A DNA stretch of 32,502 nt from a virus (IMGVR_UViG_2636415833_000004); one strand, 5' to 3'. Shown: positions 9,221-18,679, numbered from the stretch's first letter. The notes: generated by a model not told the origin, from the sequence alone. Numbers and translations are program-made.

Positions 9221-11550
9221 CCCGCCGACATCTCCGCCATTTCCGCTATTTGCTGGGCGTCCTGCGCCTGCTGCACATACACATTGACGTTACCCACGCT
9301 GCGGCTGTTATTTATATTGGTCGTGCTTTTTGTTGTTTTGCTGCTGACGTTGGCTACACCCGGATCAAGCACCCCGCCGCGTAATACGGCTGGGCTGGAA
9401 GGTGGCGCAGGCGGCTGCGCGCCAGGGACAACAAACGCAGAGGCAACACCCGACACTGGCGCAACCAGGGGCGACGCGCCCCCCGGAATAGCGGCGGCAA
9501 CTGACGCCGCCTGCGCAGCCGTTCCCGTCTGGCCCGGCGCTGCGGTTCCTTTTAACTCAATGTTGACGCCGGGCAGTTTGTTTAACTGCTCAACAATGCC
9601 GTTATAGACGCCGAAAAATTGCTGGGCGATTGAATCCCACAAACCGGAAAACAACTGGCCGACCGACTCAACGCCCGACCTGAAAGCATCAGCAAATGAA
9701 AATTCAGAGAAAGCGGCGCAGACGCTGTTCCAGCCCGCGACCACATCCGGCCAGACCTTAACCAGCCAACTGACAGCACTGATCAGCAGATTGATCGGAA
9801 ACAGAATGGCGTCGAAAGCTGCAGCAACGACAGAACCGGCCATGCTGCCAGCGTCAGAAAAAGAGGACAGTTCATTTTCGGTATACTGAATCGGTGTCAG
9901 CAGGTCGCCAAACCAGCCGCAAAGACTTTTCAGGCCATTCCACAACCAACTAACCACGGAACAGACAGCAGAAAATACCGGCCCCAACGCGGCGATCACA
10001 CCTTGCAACACCTGCGACTTTTGCGCCGCCTGCATGAAGCCAGTGATAAAACCGCTGAAAAATGCCTTGATCGGATTCCAGAACTTAACGACAGCGACAA
10101 CAACCGCACCGATCGCCAGCGCAATAAGCGCAATCAGCCCCCAGATCGGGGCAGTGACTGCGGCCAGACTCCCGCCAAATGACATCAACGCAAGGCGCGC
10201 AGCAAATAAGGTGTTACGGAAAAACCGCAACGCCCCCGAAAAATTAAGAATTGCACCAGCACCACGCGCCAGAAGTTTAAACAGCGGGGTGATCCCGGTG
10301 AAAATCCCCGCCAGCCGGATTCCGGCCCCAGCCAACTTTAAACCGCCCAGCATGACCGTAAATGCGGCCCCGGCTGCGGTGGCGCTGATAATTGCTGCCG
10401 TAACAATCCCGATCCAGCGCGTAATGTTCGGGAATTTATTCAGCCAGACGACAGCCGACTGGGCGACCTTTGTCATTTTTATCAGTAGCGGTTCCAGAAC
10501 CGGCAACAACGCAGACCCCACAGCAATTTTTACCGCCGTAATACCTGCGGCGGCGCGCTCCCACGGATCGGCAACCGTGGCGGCGGCGCGTTTTACGTCG
10601 TCCAGCCCGTCGATCGCGTCGATCTCGCTGATACTGCGTTTCAGCCCGTCCGTATCGCTGATCAGCAACTTGATCAGGGAAACCGCTTCATCACTGCCAA
10701 ACGCTTTTTTCAGCAGGTCAGAATCCGCCACTTTGCTGATATTCCCGAACCGCTTATGCAGCATGTCGAGAATTGCAGGCATTGACTTCATTTGCCCGGT
10801 GGCATCGGTAAACGACATTTTCAGCGTTTTCTGGGCGTTCCCTACCCCCGCCAGAAACGCCTTATATTTTGTCCCGGCTTCACTGCCTGACATTGTTGAC
10901 TGCAACTGACCCAGGATCGCGAATTGTTCCGCACTGCTGCGGCCTGCTGTTTGCGCAGCGGCCCCCAGTGACGTAAACGCCTGCGACATTGATTCACCGT
11001 CAGATTTAAACAGGTTGGCCGCATAGGCGGTTTGCCCGCCGATTTTCTCAGCCCATTTAATTTTGCCCATGCCGTCAGCAGTCTGTTTAAAGATGCCGTA
11101 CATGGTCCCCATATAGTTTGTGATCGTCTGCGTATCGGCCTTTGTCGCCTTTGCAACAACCGCTGACGTGGTTGTGAATCCGGTCAATTCATCAGCAGAC
11201 AATCCAGAAATTGCGGACTGAATATCGTAAGACGCGCTGACGATCTCCGCCGCGCTGCCGCCGTACTGCATACTGAATTGAAGCGCCGCGTTTTTAAGCT
11301 GCTTTAATCCCGTTTCGGTTACGTCCAGCGCCTTTACAGAGTCCAGCGCGCGGCGCATTTCGATCGCCGGTTCCAGCCCGCCTTTTAATGCCTGGCCTGC
11401 GGCCCACATTGCCGCCGTTCCCATTGCAACCTGCTGCGCGCCGCTTTTTGCCGTCTGGCCCAGTGCGCTGACCTGCTGACGAATACCGCGCAGTGGGGCG
11501 CTTGCGCGGTCAATCAGAGAAATAATATAAGTCAGCGATTCACTAGCCAT
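9217..11550 (-). CDS. tail tape measure protein
   Basis: 777 aa, Ala/Gly-rich with extended helical and hydrophobic segments, directly downstream of chaperone gene with frameshift signature. Confidence 0.8.
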   Translation of the reverse strand: MASESLTYIISLIDRASAPLRGIRQQVSALGQTAKSGAQQVAMGTAAMWAAGQALKGGLEPAIEMRRALDSVKALDVTETGLKQLKNAALQFSMQYGGSAAEIVSASYDIQSAISGLSADELTGFTTTSAVVAKATKADTQTITNYMGTMYGIFKQTADGMGKIKWAEKIGGQTAYAANLFKSDGESMSQAFTSLGAAAQTAGRSSAEQFAILGQLQSTMSGSEAGTKYKAFLAGVGNAQKTLKMSFTDATGQMKSMPAILDMLHKRFGNISKVADSDLLKKAFGSDEAVSLIKLLISDTDGLKRSISEIDAIDGLDDVKRAAATVADPWERAAAGITAVKIAVGSALLPVLEPLLIKMTKVAQSAVVWLNKFPNITRWIGIVTAAIISATAAGAAFTVMLGGLKLAGAGIRLAGIFTGITPLFKLLARGAGAILNFSGALRFFRNTLFAARLALMSFGGSLAAVTAPIWGLIALIALAIGAVVVAVVKFWNPIKAFFSGFITGFMQAAQKSQVLQGVIAALGPVFSAVCSVVSWLWNGLKSLCGWFGDLLTPIQYTENELSSFSDAGSMAGSVVAAAFDAILFPINLLISAVSWLVKVWPDVVAGWNSVCAAFSEFSFADAFRSGVESVGQLFSGLWDSIAQQFFGVYNGIVEQLNKLPGVNIELKGTAAPGQTGTAAQAASVAAAIPGGASPLVAPVSGVASAFVVPGAQPPAPPSSPAVLRGGVLDPGVANVSSKTTKSTTNINNSRSVGNVNVYVQQAQDAQQIAEMAEMSAG

Positions 11551-11553
11551 AAT

Positions 11554-11996
11554 TTATCCAAATAATTTAGCGACGCCATTCGCAACGCCAATACTGAAAT
11601 TTTCCCAGTAATGGTTATCAAGCCAGACAGCGCGGGCTAATGTCTGCTCTGAATCATCACCATCAGGCAGATAATAACGGCGCAGGGTTAGCATTTGTTC
11701 CAGCCCGTTATTTTCAATAGCCCGCACGCGGGCAGTTATTTTTTTACAACAATATCCAGTTCCGGCGCGTACTGTTTATTAACAGCCGCCGCGATCTGAA
11801 TGGCTGCACCTGGCTTTTTCAGGATGCCGTTTAATGCGTCCTTACTTTCGCGGGAAACAATGGCGCGCACATATTCAACTGATGGCGTAACTTTGTTATC
11901 CATTGCCATTTCATTGATAAAAGAGTTATAGGCGACTTCGTTCGGTTCGAAAACAACATCCACACCGGAAATAGTCAGCGTAATAGATTCATCCAT
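11554..11996 (-). CDS. predicted -1 frameshift fusion product of tail chaperone (E+E'-like)
   Basis: -1 frame is open for 61 codons from the slippery site to TAA at 11554..11556, exactly filling the gap before the tape measure ATG at 11550. Confidence 0.5.
11720..11745 (-). promoter_or_regulatory. programmed -1 ribosomal frameshift site: A AAA AAA slippery heptamer plus downstream hairpin
   Basis: Seven consecutive A (complement of 11739..11745) at the last two codons of the chaperone; GCCCGC/GCGGGC inverted repeat (11720..11733) begins 5 nt downstream. Confidence 0.5.
11736..11996 (-). CDS. tail assembly chaperone (P2 gpE-like)
   Basis: 86 aa, ATG start, immediately upstream of tape measure gene; ends in A7 slippery run. 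Confidence 0.65.
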   Translation of the reverse strand: MDESITLTISGVDVVFEPNEVAYNSFINEMAMDNKVTPSVEYVRAIVSRESKDALNGILKKPGAAIQIAAAVNKQYAPELDIVVKK

Positions 11997-12045
11997 TTTT
12001 ATTTATCCAGAATAAAGAAGTTAATATTTTAAAGCGTTTAAATGG

Positions 12046-12384
12046 TTATTTAACGCCGTTGTGTTCCAGACTGAAATGATTTCCGTCTGGTTTACTGAAA
12101 CGACCGCCCCACGTCCCGCCGAGCGATTCCCAATACTCCCCAAGCGGCAAGTAATCACGACTGTCTGTCTTATATTCGCCTTTGATAAACAGATTAAAAT
12201 CGACGGCCAGTCGCTGCGTATGCAAACTGTTTTTAATGCCGCTGCCTTTTTTGGCATTCAGTGCCGCCTGTTCCGGCGTGCGGTACGCTTCACCAAATGT
12301 CAGCCAAAAGCCATTCGCGTTGGCGTACTGGATTAATAAAGCGATCATTGATGTAAATCGCTGCTGCTTTTCACTCAGTGTCAT
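12046..12384 (-). CDS. endolysin, peptidase M15 family (L-alanyl-D-glutamate peptidase-like)
   Basis: ATG at 12384 with GGGAG 9 nt upstream, 14-nt overlap with holin stop; H-x6-D (HTQRLAVD) and D-x2-H (DGNH) zinc-ligand motifs. Confidence 0.75.
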   Translation of the reverse strand: MTLSEKQQRFTSMIALLIQYANANGFWLTFGEAYRTPEQAALNAKKGSGIKNSLHTQRLAVDFNLFIKGEYKTDSRDYLPLGEYWESLGGTWGGRFSKPDGNHFSLEHNGVK

Positions 12385-12673
12385 TTGTCTTGCTCCCGTT
12401 CCTGGACTGCGCACGATTACGCAGCCATAGTTCAACCGCCTGATAGCCCGCAATACCGAAAGCAGCCCCCAGACCGTTTATTGCAACGGGGTGTAAATCA
12501 GGGAACTGAATCAATGCAACACCGGCCACCATCGACACCGCAGCGCCTAAAATTACGCGTCCAATAATTAAACGCAGTGTGATCGGTTCAGCGGTATTCA
12601 ACACCTTACCCAATGCAATTAATGCGCCAATCCCCGCCAAAGTGAGAATGCTTTTTTCATGCGGTGTTAACAT
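12371..12673 (-). CDS. holin (three predicted transmembrane segments, charged C-terminus)
   Basis: 100 aa with three hydrophobic helices and a basic/polar C-terminal tail, immediately upstream of and overlapping the endolysin gene. Confidence 0.7.
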   Translation of the reverse strand: MLTPHEKSILTLAGIGALIALGKVLNTAEPITLRLIIGRVILGAAVSMVAGVALIQFPDLHPVAINGLGAAFGIAGYQAVELWLRNRAQSRNGSKTNDTE

Positions 12674-12677
12674 ATAA

Positions 12678-13139
12678 TTACCCGATTAAATCGCGGGTAT
12701 CTTCATCTGACAGATAAGGAATACCATTAATTTTGATAAATTCAGGCGCAGTCACTTTATATTTAATTTTATAAACTGATTTTTCGCCGCCTGCGGTGTC
12801 CACGTCCAGCAAACTGTCAATTGCCAGCTTACATCCAAAAGCCTCGACTTTAATTTTTTCGCTTCCCGCCTTTGCATAAAATAAAATGTCTTCCGGTTCA
12901 ATTCCGCGATAACTGCCAGCCGATGCCGCCGCATCATGGATACGTAAAAAGTTTTTGGTATCCAGTTCCATGTCACCTTCGGCGCTGACGTCGCCGTCAA
13001 CATAACCATCAGGAATGCCGCGCGTTTTCGCTACGTCAGAGTTATCAGTAATAGTCAGTGTAATTTTATTTACATGAATCGTGGTATTGAATAACGTAAT
13101 ATCAAACGCCATTCCCGAAATGCGTTTAGAACCCGACAT
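12678..13139 (-). CDS. putative tail tube protein
   Basis: Track start 13145 is TTG; ATG at 13139 has GAGG upstream; about 153 aa directly downstream of putative sheath gene. Confidence 0.5.
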   Translation of the reverse strand: MSGSKRISGMAFDITLFNTTIHVNKITLTITDNSDVAKTRGIPDGYVDGDVSAEGDMELDTKNFLRIHDAAASAGSYRGIEPEDILFYAKAGSEKIKVEAFGCKLAIDSLLDVDTAGGEKSVYKIKYKVTAPEFIKINGIPYLSDEDTRDLIG

Positions 13140-13141
13140 AA

Positions 13142-14281
13142 TCAAGCCTCATTCTGTACAGACAGATCAACCATAATATTTACGCCAATAACCAGCGGGC
13201 ATTCAGTCGGGCGCGCCTGTACGTAAATATTTACATGCGTTGAATCAATCCATGTAATAACAATATCACCCTCTTTTGGTGAATAGACTTCACCGGGGAA
13301 TGACACGCCGTTAATAGTGGTACTTTTCGCCATCGTGCGCAGCGGTTTAGCAAACTGCATTTGATGATATTCAACGCTGGACGGCGTGGAATTTAACGAG
13401 CGGTTACCAATATTGCGGATTGCAAGCAAACGCACCTGGCGCGCGACTTTATCAACAATGCGCAGAATGCGGATTGACTGATAATCGCTGCCTTTAGCAG
13501 CCAGCAGCGGGCCATCATTCCAGTAAATGCCCTCAAAATCCGCATACGTGACCGGAACAGAATAACGCGCAGCGTCCAGCGCCTGCACAATATCCGCTGT
13601 TACCGTCTCTCCGTTTTTGTCTTTAGTTGCGTTGCCAACAGACACGAGCGATCCAGTTAAAACGCGCGCGGGAGTATCTGCAATTGTCACCAGCCGATTA
13701 CATAAACGTCCAGCAATTACACCTGGCAAATTCTCATAAAGACGGGGAACCAGCATAACGCCATCAGCAACTAACCCCGTTTGCCATTGCGTTAAAGCGG
13801 CGGAATATTGTTGCCATGTCATGTCACCGCCAACAGGATTTTTAACGGGTAAAATAAACCATGTCCAACGACCGTATGTCGCGATTAATTCCTGGCGGAG
13901 AGCGGCAGCTTCTTTGGCGCTTTTAGTTAGAGAAAAACCGGACTCTTCTTCATTCCAGTCAGCAAAATCCTCTAACAATACAACGCCCTCAAAACTTCCG
14001 TATTTTTGGCATTTTTTAACAGCATCCTGCCACTTTTCGTCAGAATCCATAAAATAAACCGATGCCGACCAATTTTGCCCCGCATTCATCATGGCGGCGC
14101 GAATATCGTCACCCGCTGAACTTGTAATTTTGTCTAAATCAGTTTGAGTATTTAGCGTGTAAAAACCTGGGGTGTAATTTTCAAGCGGCGCATAGCTGAC
14201 GAACAATAAATGCCGCCCTATTTCATTTACAGTGCCTTGCGCCAAATCAATTTGATTAACCTGAACTTGTGGAAAAGTCAT
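13142..14281 (-). CDS. putative tail sheath protein
   Basis: 379 aa, ATGA-coupled to upstream gene, followed by a ~150-aa tube-sized gene; positional and size inference. Confidence 0.5.
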   Translation of the reverse strand: MTFPQVQVNQIDLAQGTVNEIGRHLLFVSYAPLENYTPGFYTLNTQTDLDKITSSAGDDIRAAMMNAGQNWSASVYFMDSDEKWQDAVKKCQKYGSFEGVVLLEDFADWNEEESGFSLTKSAKEAAALRQELIATYGRWTWFILPVKNPVGGDMTWQQYSAALTQWQTGLVADGVMLVPRLYENLPGVIAGRLCNRLVTIADTPARVLTGSLVSVGNATKDKNGETVTADIVQALDAARYSVPVTYADFEGIYWNDGPLLAAKGSDYQSIRILRIVDKVARQVRLLAIRNIGNRSLNSTPSSVEYHQMQFAKPLRTMAKSTTINGVSFPGEVYSPKEGDIVITWIDSTHVNIYVQARPTECPLVIGVNIMVDLSVQNEA

Positions 14282-14910
14282 TTTTTTCTCACCTTTTTTA
14301 ATTCCTGCGCTAATATTCGCGCGTTATGTTTTGAGCGGGTATCCAGCCAGGGGCGCGGCGGCGCGGGGATGTCCCATTCTTTTTTCGCGGCTTCTTCTTT
14401 CAGAATGCGAATGATTAGCCCCGCCTGACCCTGCTTAATGTTCTGCGTAATCCATTTAATTGACGGCGTTTTTTTCTTTTTGCCCTGTTTAACCGTGTAA
14501 CCAAGCTGGCGCAGCTTTACCGCCTGACCACGCGTGACCGGCGCATCATATGCAGGCTGGCCGCGCTGGCGCTTGAGCTGCGCAGCCGTCACATGCTCCG
14601 GCTTACCGTAGTGATGGCGCGCTGCCATATCGCTATGAACAGGGTTTTTCCAGTGCAACTTCACATCGTCAGAAGTCGGCGTAATACTCATTAGCGCAGG
14701 AATGCGGCGCATCATTTTTTTACTGCCACGCTGGCGCTTTTCCCATCCGCGCCCGTCCGGCGTTCGCTGCGCCCTGGCTTTCTGTTGCGCTTCCCGCTTA
14801 ATCCGCCTGGCGGCATTCTGCAAAACCTGCCGCCTTTTTGCCGGTGGCAGTTCCAGCGCCGCAAGCCTGATTAATGCTTCACGCTGGCCGCGCAGATCGG
14901 TTCTAATCAC
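14278..14910 (-). CDS. phage virion morphogenesis / tail completion protein (gpS-family-like)
   Basis: Track start 15084 is TTG and overlaps upstream gene; GTG at 14910 with GGGGTGG upstream; segment ARRIKREAQQKARAQRTPDGRGW resembles virion morphogenesis family; basic C-terminus. Confidence 0.5.
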   Translation of the reverse strand: MIRTDLRGQREALIRLAALELPPAKRRQVLQNAARRIKREAQQKARAQRTPDGRGWEKRQRGSKKMMRRIPALMSITPTSDDVKLHWKNPVHSDMAARHHYGKPEHVTAAQLKRQRGQPAYDAPVTRGQAVKLRQLGYTVKQGKKKKTPSIKWITQNIKQGQAGLIIRILKEEAAKKEWDIPAPPRPWLDTRSKHNARILAQELKKVRKK

Positions 14911-15382
14911 CGGCCACCCCAACAGACAGATCGTAATGTTCTGCCGTCCAGATCTCCGGCTCAGACAATGACCAGCGCCTGCCGTCCCACTCAATAACCC
15001 CCTGCGCATCTTCGCGAACACACAGCGGGCAACTGAATTTAATCGTGATTTCCACGTCGGCGATTTCCTCCGCCGACTCAGCAATCACCAGTGACGGATC
15101 GGGCAATTCCAGTTCATCCCGGCGCGTGTCACAATCTGCCAGCCAGCCAGTAATCAGGCAGAACAGCAGCGCAGGCGGATAAACACGGAACGGGTAATTT
15201 TCGAATGACAGCACCGCGTCAAACTGTAATTGCGCCATTTCGCTATACAGCCCCATATCGCGCGGGGCATAAACCAGCGACGCGTTTTCCATCCATGAAT
15301 CAAGGCAGGCTGACACCTTCGGCGGCAACTTGCCGATCAGATATTCAGTCAACGCATTAAGCTGCGTGCGTGTCGGCGTCAT
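14903..15382 (-). CDS. putative tail completion protein (gpR-like)
   Basis: 159 aa, ATG start ATGA-coupled to L-like gene; sits between head completion and S-like genes. Confidence 0.45.
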   Translation of the reverse strand: MTPTRTQLNALTEYLIGKLPPKVSACLDSWMENASLVYAPRDMGLYSEMAQLQFDAVLSFENYPFRVYPPALLFCLITGWLADCDTRRDELELPDPSLVIAESAEEIADVEITIKFSCPLCVREDAQGVIEWDGRRWSLSEPEIWTAEHYDLSVGVAGD

Positions 15383-15831
15383 AACAGCCTCACCGTGGCG
15401 CGGGCATAGCCCATAATCTGGCGGATAACCTGCGCAGCTTCACCGCGTAAGCCGTCCGCCGTTTCCTGCAATTCCGCGCCGGGGTGCGTTTCACGACGTC
15501 CCACGGTGGCAAATTCCGGCATTAAATCGGCTTTCGCCCTGGCAAAAACAGCCTTTTTGTAAGACTCAGTCAGCGCGTTAGCCCCTTCACACGACGGCCC
15601 CGGAACATCTGCCGCAGAGGAATACCCCTTGCCGTGTTGAATATCGGTCCAGGTATCCAGATCACGGTTTACGCTGTCAATTGCCGCAAGTAGCGCCGCG
15701 ATAACCGTCGCATTGGCGATACTGGCGGGGATCTGGCGGCGTTCCTCAAATTCTCCGGCGTTAATATCCGGCCAGAACCCCACGTTTTTGATCACGCGGT
15801 CCTGGTAATTCGCCGTTTTGCCGGAAAACAT
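15379..15831 (-). CDS. L: head completion/stabilisation protein (P2 gpL-like)
   Basis: 150 aa, ATG start overlapping M stop (TAATG); position after terminase small subunit as in P2. Confidence 0.6.
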   Translation of the reverse strand: MFSGKTANYQDRVIKNVGFWPDINAGEFEERRQIPASIANATVIAALLAAIDSVNRDLDTWTDIQHGKGYSSAADVPGPSCEGANALTESYKKAVFARAKADLMPEFATVGRRETHPGAELQETADGLRGEAAQVIRQIMGYARATVRLL

Positions 15832-16643
15832 TAAACCCCCTCAGTTTCAGAAGTCGCGGGCTGACCGGCGTCCACGGCGTGATCGGCGATTTCTTCGCCT
15901 ACACCCTCAGCCGCGCCCGCGCCGCGTTGCGGAGTCGTTTCAAGTTTGCGCAGACGTGCCGCGATACGTTCACGCAGAGATTTAACCCCCGCGTTTTTGT
16001 AAAGCGTGCCTGCCGCGTCCAGGCATAAATCGGCCTGACGCAATGCTGCCGGATCATCCAGATTTGCGGGATTAACGCGCCCATCAGCACCGCGCAGGAT
16101 CAGGAAACCGGCCAGTTTGTAATATTTCGCCGTCAACTGTTCGTTGAGCTTCCAGCACTCAGTCACATTCTTAAAAGTTTGAGAGAAAAACGGCTCAATA
16201 CTACGCCCCGCTTCAAACTCACTTTCTGACCAGTCCAGCACTTCATCAGCCACCGTTCCGGCCAGATTGTTACGGAAACCTTCCGGTGACTCCTGACCCT
16301 GTTCAATCGCGATATCAGCCCAATTCAGCGCTTGTTCAAACTTTCTGACGTCCATCAGCCAGACAATGCACCAGACGAAAACCGGATTTTGATAGATGTC
16401 GCCCGCTTCCAGGTACTTTTCAGCCCACGGCAACCAGCGCGGCAGCATAACGTCACGCTTCATTTGAAAGCGTTCTGCGTTGCTATGCAGATCGCGCAGC
16501 GTCCCGACATCCTGACGTAACTGCAAAAGCTGCACATACAAACTACTGTCATCCAGACCAACCGCGCGGGGCGCGGCTTCGCCGGTCATAACCTGACGGG
16601 CACGGATACTTTCAACATGACGTTGAAAAGGCGTTAACGGCAT
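15831..16643 (-). CDS. M: terminase endonuclease (small) subunit, P2 gpM-like
   Basis: 270 aa; N-terminal FQRH...REAAP and LPRWLPW motifs match remembered P2 gpM (PAQRHM, REAAP, LPFWLPW). Confidence 0.75.
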   Translation of the reverse strand: MPLTPFQRHVESIRARQVMTGEAAPRAVGLDDSSLYVQLLQLRQDVGTLRDLHSNAERFQMKRDVMLPRWLPWAEKYLEAGDIYQNPVFVWCIVWLMDVRKFEQALNWADIAIEQGQESPEGFRNNLAGTVADEVLDWSESEFEAGRSIEPFFSQTFKNVTECWKLNEQLTAKYYKLAGFLILRGADGRVNPANLDDPAALRQADLCLDAAGTLYKNAGVKSLRERIAARLRKLETTPQRGAGAAEGVGEEIADHAVDAGQPATSETEGV

Positions 16644-16652
16644 AGCTGACCC

Positions 16653-17645
16653 TTACTTAATAGTTACCGCAGCTTCATCGATCGCGGCGTACAGCGCGGG
16701 AATTTCCAGCGCATAGCCCTGCATACGCCACCAGGATGACTCGAACGCCTTACGGTCACCGACGTGCTTCGCCTCACGGCGCTGCGTGCCGGTTTGCGTA
16801 TAGCAATGCAGGTTTTTAGGGATAGTCACGGCAATGCGTTTGCCCGGGAAAAACGGTGGCGTGACATGACGGCGACCGGCGATTGATTTCAACATCGGCG
16901 TAAAGGCGGCTTTTTCGGTCGGCTTATCGGTCTGGTTTGCCATGCGCAGCTGTTCAGCGGCAATCAGATCAGAACCGGCCAGCACCGTTAATTGTGGGTG
17001 TTCACGGAATTGCGCTGGCAGCATCGCGATCACATCCAGCGCCGCAGCGTCCAGGGTTAAATAATCCCCGCCAGCGCCGATCGACACGGCTGCGGTGAGA
17101 ACGTGAGAACCGTTGTCGTATTCCTTAGAAATCTGATGCCAGCCCTTGTTAACATCTTCGCCGTTCGGGTTCGCCACCGGATCGGTATTTTCGGCAAAAC
17201 TTTTACCATTAAAGCCGATGCGCAGGATGTCCAGCGCGAAGGATTCGTTTGCAAACTCAGTGACGAGTTTAAAGAACTCACCAGGCGTCCCGGAATTCGC
17301 CCAGACAGCCAAAAGCGCCCACTTCAGGCGCGCGCAGGAATCCGTTTCGCGCAATTCGTATTCATTGCCATCAACGCCCAGATCGACGCCAAATCGCCCA
17401 TCTTTTTTACGTCCAGTTAAAAGTTTAGAAACGCCAGCTTCAACAACCGCGCCTTTAATCTGGTTAACCGACAGCATAGAAATTTCTTTCAGAAATGCCG
17501 TTGAATCCAGCAACGCTTTACGCAGTTTAATTTCCTGCGGCTGGCTGATAGTGAACATATGTTTCGTGGTGGCGACGCTATACGCTTTCGCCAGCGTCAC
17601 CGCGTACTGGTTAATAAGCTTTTCAGCTTCCGGGGTAAGAATCAT
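16653..17645 (-). CDS. N: major capsid protein, P2 gpN-like
   Basis: 330 aa; segment SIGAGGDYLTLDAAALD matches remembered P2 gpN (VGKGGDYASLDALVMD); between scaffold and terminase small subunit. Confidence 0.8.
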   Translation of the reverse strand: MILTPEAEKLINQYAVTLAKAYSVATTKHMFTISQPQEIKLRKALLDSTAFLKEISMLSVNQIKGAVVEAGVSKLLTGRKKDGRFGVDLGVDGNEYELRETDSCARLKWALLAVWANSGTPGEFFKLVTEFANESFALDILRIGFNGKSFAENTDPVANPNGEDVNKGWHQISKEYDNGSHVLTAAVSIGAGGDYLTLDAAALDVIAMLPAQFREHPQLTVLAGSDLIAAEQLRMANQTDKPTEKAAFTPMLKSIAGRRHVTPPFFPGKRIAVTIPKNLHCYTQTGTQRREAKHVGDRKAFESSWWRMQGYALEIPALYAAIDEAAVTIK

Positions 17646-17681
17646 TTATTTATTCCTGATAATTTTAATTAACACCCGGCT

Positions 17682-18527
17682 TTACACCAGATATTCCGGC
17701 ACGCCCTGCGCAGGTTCGCCGTTCGGCTGTTCCGTCGCTTCACCAGACAGCGCAGTAAATTTTTGAAGTAGCTGATCAACCTTGCCATCAAGCGCGGTGA
17801 ATTGCTCCACGGTCACGACTTGCGGCTGATCGCCTTCCAGACCGTTTTGATTATTTTCAATAACAGTCGTGTTTTGTTTTGCGCTGAATGATTTAATTTC
17901 ATCTACGGCGGTCCCCATTTTTTCCACAGCGGTATTAAACACGCTCATTAATTGCGTGAATTGCTGTTCATTCATTTTGTCGTCTTCCTGGTTATTGTCT
18001 GGATCGCGCGCGCCCTGTTCAGGTGACTGCGGCAGACGCGAAAACAGGCGGGTTAAAAAAGATTCTTTGTCTGCAACTTCGGTCATCGGTTCGCCACTGC
18101 AAAAACTGATAACATTCGGCGCGCCGGAAAATTCGAGACGATCGGTCCCGGTACTGGCGGGCAAATCGGTAACGGCAATCCCCGCAAGGTAATGCTTTCC
18201 GGTACTGGCGAAATTTTCCAGAATTTCTACTGATGGAAATAGCTTTTGCTGATCATCACGGTTTAACGACATCATCCATTTATTAGGCAAGAAACGCGCA
18301 TATAACTTAACTTTGCCGTTAACCGTTTCGCACTTAACACTATGAACAGTGCCGAGGTTGTACCATTTTTGATGGCGGTCAACGCTTGACGGCCAAATCA
18401 TGGCCGTATACTCCGCCGCGTTATAAGTTTCCGCAGCTTCCGTCAGCCATTGTTCTTTTATTTCCCGCCCGTCTACAGTCGGGCCAGCAGTGGCAACACA
18501 AAACCACGCGGTGGGTGTTTGTTTCAT
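17682..18527 (-). CDS. O: capsid scaffolding protein, P2 gpO-like
   Basis: 281 aa; TVDGREI and TGKHYLAGIAVTDLPAS match remembered gpO motifs (TCDGRVI, TGKCYLVGLAVTDDPAS); first gene of minus-strand late operon. Confidence 0.8.
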   Translation of the reverse strand: MKQTPTAWFCVATAGPTVDGREIKEQWLTEAAETYNAAEYTAMIWPSSVDRHQKWYNLGTVHSVKCETVNGKVKLYARFLPNKWMMSLNRDDQQKLFPSVEILENFASTGKHYLAGIAVTDLPASTGTDRLEFSGAPNVISFCSGEPMTEVADKESFLTRLFSRLPQSPEQGARDPDNNQEDDKMNEQQFTQLMSVFNTAVEKMGTAVDEIKSFSAKQNTTVIENNQNGLEGDQPQVVTVEQFTALDGKVDQLLQKFTALSGEATEQPNGEPAQGVPEYLV

Positions 18528-18679
18528 AAGTTACCCTCATTTCGATAAAGTAAAGTAAAACACCCAGCCGTTTTATTTTCATGCCGTTAATTTCTGACTA
18601 TTTCGGATATAAGCCGTTATCAGAATTAAAGCGAATATAGACCGGATACCCGACGTTTTTTAAATGCAAAAATCCCCTC
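18528..18679. promoter_or_regulatory. divergent late promoter region between O and P operons
   Basis: 152-bp AT-rich intergenic region; three GCCGTT direct repeats (about 18567, 18583, 18613); no TGT-N12-ACA dyad seen. Confidence 0.4.

Noticed and set aside
10034-10909. 291-aa plus-strand ORF inside the tape measure gene, and similar alternate-frame ORFs inside terminase (19529..20063) and A (23367..24512)
   Set aside because: Embedded in or antisense to long genes with clear homology; typical of GC-rich spurious ORFs
11997-12260. Search for spanin (Rz/Rz1) genes near the endolysin, including the embedded 78-aa ORF 12021..12257
   Set aside because: No lipobox or signal-anchor features; no convincing spanin candidate found
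3226-15084. Long N-terminal extensions in the ORF track (3226..4188, 7708..8913, 12046..12453, 12678..13145, 14278..15084, 28550..28831, 29010..29258)
   Set aside because: Track start codons are TTG or GTG and overlap upstream genes by up to about 180 nt; downstream ATG or GTG starts with SD elements or ATGA coupling are more plausible
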